NCBI GenBank assembly: GCA_015065795.1
Contig: SVPO01000001.1
Location: 4,453 to 68,452, forward strand
Direction of reading: 5' to 3'
DNA length: 64,000 nucleotides
Source: Oscillospiraceae bacterium
GTDB taxonomy: Bacteria > Bacillota > Clostridia > Oscillospirales > Acutalibacteraceae
The notes under the pieces are model-generated. The model had not been told where the DNA came from. It worked only from the letters and a program-made list of their open reading frames with translations, and did no database searches. Made by a program: the position numbers and the translations under genes. Below, piece by piece: positions 1-8,753 of this stretch (positions are counted from its first letter, which is position 1; each line of letters starts with the position of its first letter).

Positions 1-4
1 CAGG

Positions 5-715
5 TTAACTGAGGGTGCTGACATCGATGAGGGTGATTTCGATCTCGTGCGTCTGAGCCACGCCCTCAACAAAGCGCGCCACGGTCAGGGTCATTTCTCC
101 GCCCACGCCGGTGGCAATCAGCTCAACGTCCAGTCCGTCGATTGTGGTGATGGGATTTCCGTTGGCGGCAACGATAAGGTCGCCGATCTGGATATCCTTG
201 CCCACCAGCGCGCCGGCAGGATTGATATCAAGCACGACCAGTCCGCCGACATAGGTTTCGTCAACGGGAATGTCCAGCTGATTGATCTCCTGAATGGTCA
301 CGCCGATGCCGGGAGTACCTGCCTGAGGAGCGGCACTGTCATCGCCGCCATCGCTGAATCCGTTATCGGGCAGCTGACCGCTGAAGTAATCATCGAAATA
401 ATCGTAGAATTCCTCGAACTCGTCGTAGTCATCGGCAGGCTGATTGAACTCATTCTGTCCGCTGACGGGAGCACGGTCAAAATCGATGACTCCGAGGTAG
501 TCAAGGCCCCAGATCCAGAAGATTCCGCAGCCGAAAAGAATGGTGATTCCGACGATGGAGCCCAGTACCCAGAGCAGCACCTTTGCCACTGCGCCTGTTC
601 CGCCGGACGCGTTTTTTTCATCCGCGGTCTTTTTTGTGGAACTCCTGGGGTATTCATGATATTCAGAATATTCGGTGCCGGTGTAAGTATCGAGATACTG
701 TTCGCGATTGTCCAT
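5..715 (-). CDS. membrane-anchored PDZ-domain protein
   Basis: Track ORF 5..838 trimmed to Met-42 (GAGAGG-like SD ~10 nt upstream). One TM helix (LLWVLGSIVGITILFGCGIFWIW), acidic linker, C-terminal PDZ-like segment GGLVVLDINPAGALVGKDIQIGDLIVAANG. Confidence 0.7.
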   Translation of the reverse strand: MDNREQYLDTYTGTEYSEYHEYPRSSTKKTADEKNASGGTGAVAKVLLWVLGSIVGITILFGCGIFWIWGLDYLGVIDFDRAPVSGQNEFNQPADDYDEFEEFYDYFDDYFSGQLPDNGFSDGGDDSAAPQAGTPGIGVTIQEINQLDIPVDETYVGGLVVLDINPAGALVGKDIQIGDLIVAANGNPITTIDGLDVELIATGVGGEMTLTVARFVEGVAQTHEIEITLIDVSTLS

Positions 716-947
716 ATATAAAAACCTCTCTGACTCGCGCCCGGAAGGTTCATGTATCCCTTTCGGATGCAATAATTTTATCTCTGCTGTGTGTCTTTTA
801 TGTGATACGGTTTTGACGAGACTTTGAAATATCCGCATCGGTTATATGAACGACGACGTGCGCATACCATTGAGTCATCAACGTATCCTGTTATCATTAT
901 ACCCACACCCGACCTGCAAGTCAACAGGATACCCCGGGAGGAATACT

Positions 948-2273
948 ATGGACACTGCGGCGCTGCTGGAGCGGACAGGCGAGCTTATATGGGGACCGTG
1001 GACAGCAGCGGTCATACTGCTGGGCGGAATCTGGCTGAGCGTGCGCACCGGATGCCCTCAGCTGCTGGGAGCAAAGGACTGGTGGCACGCGACGGCAGGC
1101 TCCCTGCTGCACCGCAGAGAACGCACGGATGGGATCTCACCCTTTCAGAGCGCCACCGCCGCGCTGGCAGGCAGTCTGGGCACGGGCAATATCGTGGGCG
1201 TTGCCCTCGCCATAGGCACAGGCGGACCCGGGGCGATATTCTGGATGTGGGCTGCAGCCATCCCGGGCATGGCCATCGCCTACGCGGAAAACGTGCTGGG
1301 TATCCGCTGCCGTCAGCGTGCCGCGGACGGGCAATGGACGGGCGGTCCGATGATGTATATGCGCAGACTGACGGGCAACGGGCGGCTGGCGGCGATGTGG
1401 GCAGGGCTGTGCGCGGCAGCCGCGCTGTGCATCGGGAATCTCGTTCAGGTCAATTCCATTGCTGCTGCGGCGAAGGATGCATGGTCAGTGCCGCCGTGGG
1501 TGATGGGCGCGGCGCTGTGTGCCGCCGCGGCACCGGCAATTCTGGGCGGCACGAGGAGTGTGGCTAAGCTGACCGAGAGGCTTGTCCCGCTGATGGCACT
1601 GATCTACATTCTCGCCTGCGGCGCGGTCATCGCTCTCAACCTGCCAAAGCTTCCCGAAGCAATGGGGCGCATCTTCACCGAGGCGTTCCGTCCGCGATCG
1701 GTGGGCGGAGGGATGCTGGGCGTCATGCTCACCGGCATACGGCGCGGCGTATTCACCAACGAAGCAGGCATGGGAACCTCTGTGCTGATACATTGCACCG
1801 CCGAGGTGCAGGATCCTCGTGAACAGGGCTACTGGAGCATCTTCGAGATCTTTGCGGACACCATCCTGATGTGCACCCTGACCGCTCTCGCCATACTCAC
1901 AAGCGGAGCTGACCGGATCGCAGCTGACGCCGCCATGACCGCCGAGACCTTCCGCTGTCTTTTCGGCAGCGCATCGGGCAGCTTCTGTGCCGCCGCGACG
2001 CTGCTGTTTGCCTTTGCCACGGTAATTGGTTGGAGCTGCTGCGGCGAGCGCGCTTTCGCTTATCTTTTCGGTGAACGTGCCACTGTGGGATATCGGATGC
2101 TGTATGTGCTGCTGATCATCCCCGGCTGCGTGATGGACACGGGAATGGTGTGGGCGGCATCCGACATACTCAACGCGATGCTTATGCTGCCCAATCTGGC
2201 GGCGGTCATTCTGCTGTGGCGCAGGGAATCGGAGCACTGCCCTGTTTTGTCCCCAAAAGCAGAATATTTATGA
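948..2273 (+). CDS. alanine/glycine:cation symporter (AGCS family)
   Basis: Track ORF 846..2273 trimmed to MDTAALL (GGGAGG 7 nt upstream). Polytopic. GPGAIFWMW..GMAIAYAEN and FTNEAGMGT motifs are typical of AGCS carriers. Confidence 0.85.
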   Translation: MDTAALLERTGELIWGPWTAAVILLGGIWLSVRTGCPQLLGAKDWWHATAGSLLHRRERTDGISPFQSATAALAGSLGTGNIVGVALAIGTGGPGAIFWMWAAAIPGMAIAYAENVLGIRCRQRAADGQWTGGPMMYMRRLTGNGRLAAMWAGLCAAAALCIGNLVQVNSIAAAAKDAWSVPPWVMGAALCAAAAPAILGGTRSVAKLTERLVPLMALIYILACGAVIALNLPKLPEAMGRIFTEAFRPRSVGGGMLGVMLTGIRRGVFTNEAGMGTSVLIHCTAEVQDPREQGYWSIFEIFADTILMCTLTALAILTSGADRIAADAAMTAETFRCLFGSASGSFCAAATLLFAFATVIGWSCCGERAFAYLFGERATVGYRMLYVLLIIPGCVMDTGMVWAASDILNAMLMLPNLAAVILLWRRESEHCPVLSPKAEYL

Positions 2274-2365
2274 TAAATATTACAAACGGTATTCGATGCG
2301 ACTAGTAAAATGCCCGGGCGCAGGCTTATCTGCACCCGGGCATCGGTTATACGGGGATCGGGAAA

Positions 2366-4096
2366 TTACTCGGAAACAGTCTCAGCGACAGCTTCGGCGG
2401 CCTCGACGGTCTCCTCAGCAGGGTTGACTGCCTCGTCCTCGAGAATGGCGGCAGAAGCGGCAACAGCGGCAGCTTCCTCGGCAGCCAGTTCTTCGGTGAC
2501 GGTCTCGTCAACAGCTTCTTCGACCGCTTCTTCAGCAGCTTCAACGGTAGCTTCGGCAGTGGCTTCTTCGACGGCATCGACAGGTGCTTCGACAGCCACG
2601 GTTGCCTCTCTCTCCAGACGCTCGGAGTTCTGACCCACGGCGAAGTTGACTCCGGTGTCCTTGGGCTCCTCGGCGGAGAAGGCGTAGTCCTTACCGGGCA
2701 GGATGGCGTTGAGAATAATACCGACCAGAGCTGCCAAAGCCAACTTGGTCAGGGTGATTTCGACATCTCCGATATTGAACACAATGCCGTTGGTACCCAA
2801 AGCGGTAACGAGAATCATTGCGGCAACGATGAGGTTGCGGCTCTTGGTGAAGTCGACCTTGCTCTCAACAACGTTGCGCACACCGACTGCGGAAATCATG
2901 CCGTACAGCACGAAGGAAATACCGCCGATAACTGCGGTGGGGATGGTCTCGATGACTGCGGAGACCAGGGGCAGGAAGGAAACGCCGCAGGCAAAAAAGG
3001 CAGCCAAACGGACGACCTTGGGATCATATACCTTGGTCAGAGCCAGAACACCGGTGTTCTCACCATAAGTGGTGTTTGCAGGAGCGCCAAACAGGGCAGC
3101 CATGGTGGTGGCAAGACCGTCACCGACCAGAGTTCTGTGCAGACCGGGCTTCTCTATATAGTTTCTCTGGCAGGTAGAGCTGATGGCGGAGATATCGCCG
3201 ATGTGCTCCATCATGGTGGCAAGAGCCAGAGGAACGATGGCAATGACAGAGCTGATGATCAGGTCGGTCTTGCTCCAGTCAACAGCCAGAACGGTGCGGT
3301 CGGCTTCAACGGGGATGCCGATGAGGCTGCCCCAGAGGTTGCCGCTGCCGATCTCGGAAATGATGTTCTTGATGCCGTCAAAGTTGAACAGAGCATTGGC
3401 AGCTCCTTCGGAATTCACTGAAGCGAATACAGCAGGATACTGAGCGGCAAAATCGGGTGCGAAAACGGACACCAGATACAGAGCCAGTGCTACGACATAG
3501 CCTGCGCCGACGCCCAGGATGATGGGAACGATCTTGGACATGCCCTTGCCCCAGATGTTGAAGATGATGACAACAAGCAGAGCGGTGAGGGCGACCAGCC
3601 AGTTGGTCTGGCAGTTGCCGACTGCGCTGCCCGCGAGGCTCAGACCGATGGCAATGATGATGGGACCGGTGACAACAGGCGGGAAGAACTTCATGACGCG
3701 CTGGATGCCAACGACCTTGAAGAACAGAGCCATGACCAGATATACCAGGCCGGCTGCGGCAACGCCCAGACAGGCGTAGGGCAGCAGCTGCTCATTGGTC
3801 ATTCCTTCCTTGCCGGCAAGGGGTGCCACAGCACCGTAACCGCCGAGGAAGACGAAAGAGGAACCGAGGAATGCGGGGATCTTGCCGCCGGTGACCAGGT
3901 GGAACAGCAGTGTTCCCAGACCGGCGAACAGCAGAGTGGTGGGAATGCTCAGACCGGTAAGCATCGGAACCAGAACAGTCGCGCCGAACATTGCGAACAT
4001 ATGCTGGAAGCCGAGAGTTACCATTCTGCCTTTGCCAAGGGTACGGGCGTCATAAATAGCCTCGTTGCCGATGGCGACCTTTGTTTTCTTGCCCAT
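2366..4096 (-). CDS. NCS2-family uracil/xanthine-type nucleobase permease with acidic low-complexity C-terminal tail
   Basis: GGAGG RBS before ATG 4096. LGFQHMFAMFGATVLVP signature and about 13-14 TM segments. The last ~95 aa are Ala/Glu/Val-rich. Confidence 0.85.
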   Translation of the reverse strand: MGKKTKVAIGNEAIYDARTLGKGRMVTLGFQHMFAMFGATVLVPMLTGLSIPTTLLFAGLGTLLFHLVTGGKIPAFLGSSFVFLGGYGAVAPLAGKEGMTNEQLLPYACLGVAAAGLVYLVMALFFKVVGIQRVMKFFPPVVTGPIIIAIGLSLAGSAVGNCQTNWLVALTALLVVIIFNIWGKGMSKIVPIILGVGAGYVVALALYLVSVFAPDFAAQYPAVFASVNSEGAANALFNFDGIKNIISEIGSGNLWGSLIGIPVEADRTVLAVDWSKTDLIISSVIAIVPLALATMMEHIGDISAISSTCQRNYIEKPGLHRTLVGDGLATTMAALFGAPANTTYGENTGVLALTKVYDPKVVRLAAFFACGVSFLPLVSAVIETIPTAVIGGISFVLYGMISAVGVRNVVESKVDFTKSRNLIVAAMILVTALGTNGIVFNIGDVEITLTKLALAALVGIILNAILPGKDYAFSAEEPKDTGVNFAVGQNSERLEREATVAVEAPVDAVEEATAEATVEAAEEAVEEAVDETVTEELAAEEAAAVAASAAILEDEAVNPAEETVEAAEAVAETVSE

Positions 4097-4497
4097 GGGT
4101 CATCATCCTCCAAATTTTGATTATTTCCCGGCACTGCCTGAGCAGGCGGCGCCGATTTTCCGCTATTGGCACCGAAAAAACATTATCGGCGTCAGATTTT
4201 ATTATATGTTATCAAATGAAGCTGTGGATTGCAAGCAGATATTTCATCCTGTCAGACAAATTACCGTACTGCCTCCGCGCCGCAGAACCGGCTTTTGCCG
4301 CCTGAATCACACTTAATTAGTTCTGATTAAATAATTGGTACGCTATTTGGATAAAACTTGTAGGTTTGTATTGAAATCAACTCACAAAGGATGTAAAATA
4401 TGATTAACTTATACTGTAATGGAACGAAAACTTAGCATTTATTGTCGGATTGTTTCAAAGTTAGCTGAAGAATCAAGAATAGTCTGGAGGCACCGTT

Positions 4498-6990
4498 ATG
4501 TCTGACCTTTATGATATGAGGACCCCCGTCTCAAATGATGTACCGTCTGACCCTTCCACTATCGGAGCGTTCATTACTCCCAAGCCGGGCGCTGCTCCGC
4601 AGAGGGAGTCCGTCAGACATAATCCCCCGTCCGCAGCCATCCCCGTCTCTCCCGAGGATGAGCGCGCCGCATTCCTTGAGTGGCGGCTTGAACGCGAGCG
4701 CATCGCCTTTGAGCAGGACGATTTTCAGGAGCATAATTTCGAGCAGGAATGGGAGGATCACAAAGCCGAGCTGGCACGTCAGGCGCAGCAGGAAGCCGAA
4801 ATGGCAAGACGCGCCGCCCGTCGTCCCGAGCCTGTTCCCGAAGAGGCCTGCGCTGAGCCTGCGGAAGATTACGACGAAGACAAATACGCCTACGCCGATG
4901 CCGGCACAGAGGAAGAATACTCAGACGAGGAAGATGATTACGACGATCTCTACGACGTGGACGAGGAGCTTGCCGAATCCCGTCGCCGCAATCGCCGCGC
5001 TGCTGCAGCCCGTCCTCCCCGTCGCCGCCGCAGACCGCGCACATACGGAAACCAGCGTCAGCCTGCCATGTACGTTGACCCCTCCATGCTGGGCGGAGCA
5101 GCGATTTACGCAAACGGTGTGAGCCAGAACGGTGCAATCCTCCCTCAGGGTATTGTCGTGCAGCCCGGAACCGTCATTCCTGCCGGGATGATCATGCAGC
5201 AGGCAGCGCCCGTTGACGCCGCCACTCAGGTGGTTCAGGCGGCACCGGTCGAGGCAGCTCCCGTCCCCGAGATACCTGCTCCGGTTGAAGCGGTCTCCTC
5301 CAAGGAAGCTGCCGCCGAAACTGCTGCGGCCGTTCCTGAAACCGCCTCCGCTCCCGAAGCGGAGCCCGAAACCGCCGCCGCAAAGGCAGACGCTGTCTCA
5401 GGTCAGAGCAGCACCACCGTAAAGGAAAGCGTATTCACCGGTACAGCCGCGCCCCGTGGAGCCGGTTCAACCATGAAGCGCAATTACGTCGATCCTGCCT
5501 TCTTCAGTCAGCAGGACGTCGTGCCCAACAACCCTGCATACTATTACTCTCCCGACTACGCACCCATGCCCGTCCGCGGCTCGTCCCAGCCGGTGGACAC
5601 CATGGCAGGAATCGTAAAGAACAACCGCTCCAAAAAAGGACTCATCGCCACGCTTATCACTCTGGGCGCACTGCTTCTGGGCGGCGGAGTGATGCTGTAT
5701 CTGTGGATGAGCGGCGCGTTTGTACCCGACGACGTCTTCCGCGAGGTCGAGAACGTTGAATACGCCGTGACCATCAACAACACCGACTACGACGGCACAT
5801 ACAGCGGCGGCTGGCTCAACAATATGCCTCAGGACGCCGGTATATGGCACTCTGACGGCTACGGCACATACGAAGGAAACTGGAACGTAGGCGTCATGGA
5901 CGGACAGGGCACCATGACCTACGCCGACGGAACTTCCTATGACGGCAGCTGGTCCGACGGCTCGCCCCACGGAATCGGTATCATGAAATACGCCGACAAC
6001 AGCTCCTATAACGGCAGCTGGGAACAGGGTGAACCCTCCGGCACCGGCACCATGACCTATGCCGACGGCAGCGTCTACACCGGCAGCTGGCTGAGCAGTC
6101 AGCGCAGCGGCGAGGGCACCATGGAATATACCAACGGCGGCAGATATGTCGGTTCATGGCAGTCTGACCATTATAGCGGACAGGGCACCATGACCTACGC
6201 CGACGGCGGCAGCTACACCGGTCAGTGGTCGGCGGGCAATCGCAGCGGCGAAGGCACCATGAAGTACAGCGACGGCACCGTATATACCGGAAACTGGCAG
6301 GATAACCTGCGCAGCGGCAGCGGTGTCATGACCTTTACCGACGGCAGCAACTATGACGGTCTCTGGGCTTCCGACAACTTCGACGGTCAGGGCACCATGA
6401 CCTACGGCGACGGCAGCTCCTACTCCGGCAGCTGGGCAGCAGGTGTGCGCAGCGGCGAAGGCACCATGAAATACACCGACGGCAGTGTTTACTCCGGTCA
6501 GTGGGCAAACGGTCTGCGCAGCGGCACCGGCAAGATGGTGTGGAGCGAAAACAGCAAGGAAACCGAACGCTATCAGAACTGCACCTTCAACGGCCAGTGG
6601 ATCAACGACCAGATGGGCAATTCCGGAAAGATGACCTATGCCGACGGCGGCGTCTATGACGGTCAGTGGCAGAACGGCTACCGCAGCGGCAAGGGCATCA
6701 TGACCTTCACCAACGGAAACGTCTATGACGGCGAATGGAACAGCGATGTCATCAACGGAAAGGGTGTCTATACCTGGGGCTCCGGCAGCTCCACCCCCGG
6801 CGATAAGTACGATGGCTACTGGGTCAACGGTCAGCGTCAGGGTCAGGGCACATATTACTGGAAAGACGGCGACGTTTACACCGGCCAGTGGGCCAACGAC
6901 ACCATGCACGGTCAGGGAACCCTGACTACTCCTGCCGGCAAGCAGTATTCCGGCAACTGGGTCAACGGCGAGATCACCGTGAAGAACTGA
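4498..6990 (+). CDS. MORN-repeat membrane protein (disordered N-terminus, 1 TM, 17 MORN-type repeats)
   Basis: TGGAGG RBS. One TM (LIATLITLGALLLGGGVMLYLWMSG). YxGxW...GxGxM/T units are repeated 17 times by my count. Confidence 0.8.
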   Translation: MSDLYDMRTPVSNDVPSDPSTIGAFITPKPGAAPQRESVRHNPPSAAIPVSPEDERAAFLEWRLERERIAFEQDDFQEHNFEQEWEDHKAELARQAQQEAEMARRAARRPEPVPEEACAEPAEDYDEDKYAYADAGTEEEYSDEEDDYDDLYDVDEELAESRRRNRRAAAARPPRRRRRPRTYGNQRQPAMYVDPSMLGGAAIYANGVSQNGAILPQGIVVQPGTVIPAGMIMQQAAPVDAATQVVQAAPVEAAPVPEIPAPVEAVSSKEAAAETAAAVPETASAPEAEPETAAAKADAVSGQSSTTVKESVFTGTAAPRGAGSTMKRNYVDPAFFSQQDVVPNNPAYYYSPDYAPMPVRGSSQPVDTMAGIVKNNRSKKGLIATLITLGALLLGGGVMLYLWMSGAFVPDDVFREVENVEYAVTINNTDYDGTYSGGWLNNMPQDAGIWHSDGYGTYEGNWNVGVMDGQGTMTYADGTSYDGSWSDGSPHGIGIMKYADNSSYNGSWEQGEPSGTGTMTYADGSVYTGSWLSSQRSGEGTMEYTNGGRYVGSWQSDHYSGQGTMTYADGGSYTGQWSAGNRSGEGTMKYSDGTVYTGNWQDNLRSGSGVMTFTDGSNYDGLWASDNFDGQGTMTYGDGSSYSGSWAAGVRSGEGTMKYTDGSVYSGQWANGLRSGTGKMVWSENSKETERYQNCTFNGQWINDQMGNSGKMTYADGGVYDGQWQNGYRSGKGIMTFTNGNVYDGEWNSDVINGKGVYTWGSGSSTPGDKYDGYWVNGQRQGQGTYYWKDGDVYTGQWANDTMHGQGTLTTPAGKQYSGNWVNGEITVKN

Positions 6991-7113
6991 TCACCCGACG
7001 CACTTAATAAATCAATTGCCTTTAAATGGGTAATGTAGTATAATCAGAATATCATTGATCGACCATATCTGTATTGAAATTCGCAGCCGCATCTTTGCGA
7101 AAGGAGGCAGTAT

Positions 7114-8307
7114 ATGCTATCCTCAAAGAAAATTCTGTACTTTGTCATTGTGTCCGCTATGATGCTTTGCTTTCTGCAGGGCATAGATTTCATGGCCAAC
7201 GAGGCATTGGCTGCCACTGTTGTGGAAATTCCAACCTTTGCCGAATCGGGCTTTTCCCGCCTGCCCGAGATCGACACCCTTGACGAAGACAGCAGCAACA
7301 CCGCTGTTTCCGAACCGGAAGGTCCCGACGATCCCGTTCCCACGGGAACTACAGCTACCACAGCGCCCACCGAAGCCATCGACATCACCACCGAGGCGAT
7401 TCCTTCGGCCACCGATGTCACCGACCCGACAGATCCTTCTGTTACCGATCCTGTCGTCAGCGATCCTGCGATGACAACACCGGGTACCACTCTGCAGACC
7501 ACCACTTCCACCACATTGATAACCACTCTGCAGACCACCACTTCCACCACATTGATAACCACCACCCAGAGTTATTATGTGCCCATCGTGACCACCACGC
7601 GTCCAACAACCATCGTGACCACGCTGAGGCCTACCACCACAACCACTGCCCGTACCACTGCAACCACGCAGTATTACGACAGCGGTAACATTTCCTTCAA
7701 CTCCTACGAGATCACGGTATATGCCGGTCAGAACGCCACCAACTCGGTCAGGGTTCCCTTCGGCGCTCAGAAGCGTATCAGCTTTTCCAGCATGACCCCG
7801 TCCGTAGTGTCGGTCAGCGCTCTCAACGATACCACCGCGTATATTTCCGGCATCACCTCCGGTACCGGCTGGATACAGGGCAGAAGCCTCAGCGGTGATG
7901 TGTGTTACTGCAAGGTCACGGTTATCGACTTTACCGACGAGGTGCTGCGACTTACCAACGAGCAGCGCAGGATGTACGGACTGCCCGACCTGCAGCCCGG
8001 CACCGATCTGATGGATTATGTCGCAGGAATCCGCCTCAAGGAGTCCCAGTCGTACTTCAGCCACACCCGACCCAACGGACAGCGTTTTGAGTACGCGGCA
8101 CTGGATGCCGGACTGGATTACTACCGCGTGGGCGAAAACCTCGCCTGCGGTCAGCTGACACCCCAGTCGGTGGTCAACGCCTGGATGAACTCCCCCACCC
8201 ACCGCGCCAACATTCTGGACAGCGGCTTTGTCCGTCTGAGTGTTGCCTACGGCATCGGCCCCGACGGAGCCCCCTACTGGGTACAGTTCTTCTGGCAGCC
8301 CCATTAA
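7114..8307 (+). CDS. secreted CAP/SCP (YkwD-like) domain protein with Thr-rich linker
   Basis: AAGGAGG RBS. Signal peptide (MLSSKKILYFVIVSAMMLCFLQG), T/P-rich linker, C-terminal CAP-like block (LTNEQRRMYGLP...NAWMNSPTHRANIL...YWVQFF). Confidence 0.8.
   Translation: MLSSKKILYFVIVSAMMLCFLQGIDFMANEALAATVVEIPTFAESGFSRLPEIDTLDEDSSNTAVSEPEGPDDPVPTGTTATTAPTEAIDITTEAIPSATDVTDPTDPSVTDPVVSDPAMTTPGTTLQTTTSTTLITTLQTTTSTTLITTTQSYYVPIVTTTRPTTIVTTLRPTTTTTARTTATTQYYDSGNISFNSYEITVYAGQNATNSVRVPFGAQKRISFSSMTPSVVSVSALNDTTAYISGITSGTGWIQGRSLSGDVCYCKVTVIDFTDEVLRLTNEQRRMYGLPDLQPGTDLMDYVAGIRLKESQSYFSHTRPNGQRFEYAALDAGLDYYRVGENLACGQLTPQSVVNAWMNSPTHRANILDSGFVRLSVAYGIGPDGAPYWVQFFWQPH
7489..7560 (+). repeat. perfect 2 x 36-bp tandem repeat inside the Thr-rich linker (TLQTTTSTTLIT x2)
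   Basis: ACTCTGCAGACCACCACTTCCACCACATTGATAACC occurs back to back (7489-7524, 7525-7560). Confidence 0.9.
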
Positions 8308-8325
8308 CGGGATTTCCGCACAAGC

Positions 8326-8365
8326 AAAAAAGGCGCCCGGTGTGCATCTTCCGCACACCGGGCGC
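8326..8365 (-). terminator. intrinsic terminator downstream of the tRNA pair (also ends the convergent CAP gene)
   Basis: GGCGCCCGGTGTGC/GCACACCGGGCGC 13-14-bp stem. The minus-strand reading is followed by TTTTTT. Confidence 0.7.
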
Positions 8366-8416
8366 TCCAAAAAAAGACAAAGAAAAAACCGCGCCTCCGA
8401 CAATCGGAAACGCGGT

Positions 8417-8492
8417 TGGTGACCCGGACGGGATTCGAACCCGTGTTGCCGCCGTGAAAGGGCGGAGTCTTAGGCCTCTTGACCACCGGGCC
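8417..8492 (-). tRNA. tRNA-Glu (anticodon UUC)
   Basis: 76-nt cloverleaf GGCCCGGTGGTCAAGAGG...CCGCCCTTTCACGGCGG...GGGTTCGAATCCCGTCCGGGTCACCA. Anticodon loop CTTTCAC. CCA is encoded. Confidence 0.9.
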
Positions 8493-8534
8493 ATAAAAAC
8501 GGAGCAACACCGATCGAACGACGCTGCTCCGCCG

Positions 8535-8611
8535 TGGTACCGGTAGTCGGATTCGAACCAACGACACTGCGGGTATGAACCGCATGCTCTAGCCAACTGA
8601 GCTATACCGGC
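8535..8611 (-). tRNA. tRNA-Met (anticodon CAU; elongator-type loop TTCATAC)
   Basis: 77 nt GCCGGTATAGCTCAGTTGGCTAGAGCATGCGGTTCATACCCGCAGTGTCGTTGGTTCGAATCCGACTACCGGTACCA. A lysidine-modified Ile2 identity cannot be excluded from sequence alone. Confidence 0.85.
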
Positions 8612-8639
8612 ATATTTCTGTCTCGCTGACAGCTACACC

Positions 8640-8668
8640 ATTATAATTTATGCCATCTGAATTGTCAA
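8640..8668 (-). promoter_or_regulatory. sigma-70-type promoter of the tRNA-Met/tRNA-Glu unit
   Basis: Minus strand reads TTGACA - 17 nt - TATAAT, about 25 nt upstream of the tRNA-Met 5' end. Confidence 0.7.
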
Positions 8669-8753
8669 CCTTTTTTTGAACAAATTTCATTCTTTATCAT
8701 CGGATAGGAAGTCAAAGCAGAATTTTTGCACCGTAATTACTGGAGAATAGTTT

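Noticed and set aside
716-947. Leader of the alanine/glycine symporter checked for a glycine riboswitch. It contains a 10-bp stem (GTATCCTGTT...AACAGGATAC, 883-932) ending 3 nt before the SD.
   Set aside because: I could not find the conserved glycine-aptamer elements (GGAGAG ... ACCGAAGGGGCAA ... CUCAGGCAAAAGGAC). The hairpin alone is insufficient to call a riboswitch.
4097-4320. Leader of the nucleobase permease checked for a purine riboswitch or PyrR binding loop.
   Set aside because: There is no match to the purine aptamer core (UAUAAU..GGAUAUGGC..GUUUCUACC..CCGUAAAU..GACUAUG) or to the PyrR ARUCCAGAGAGGYU motif on the coding strand.
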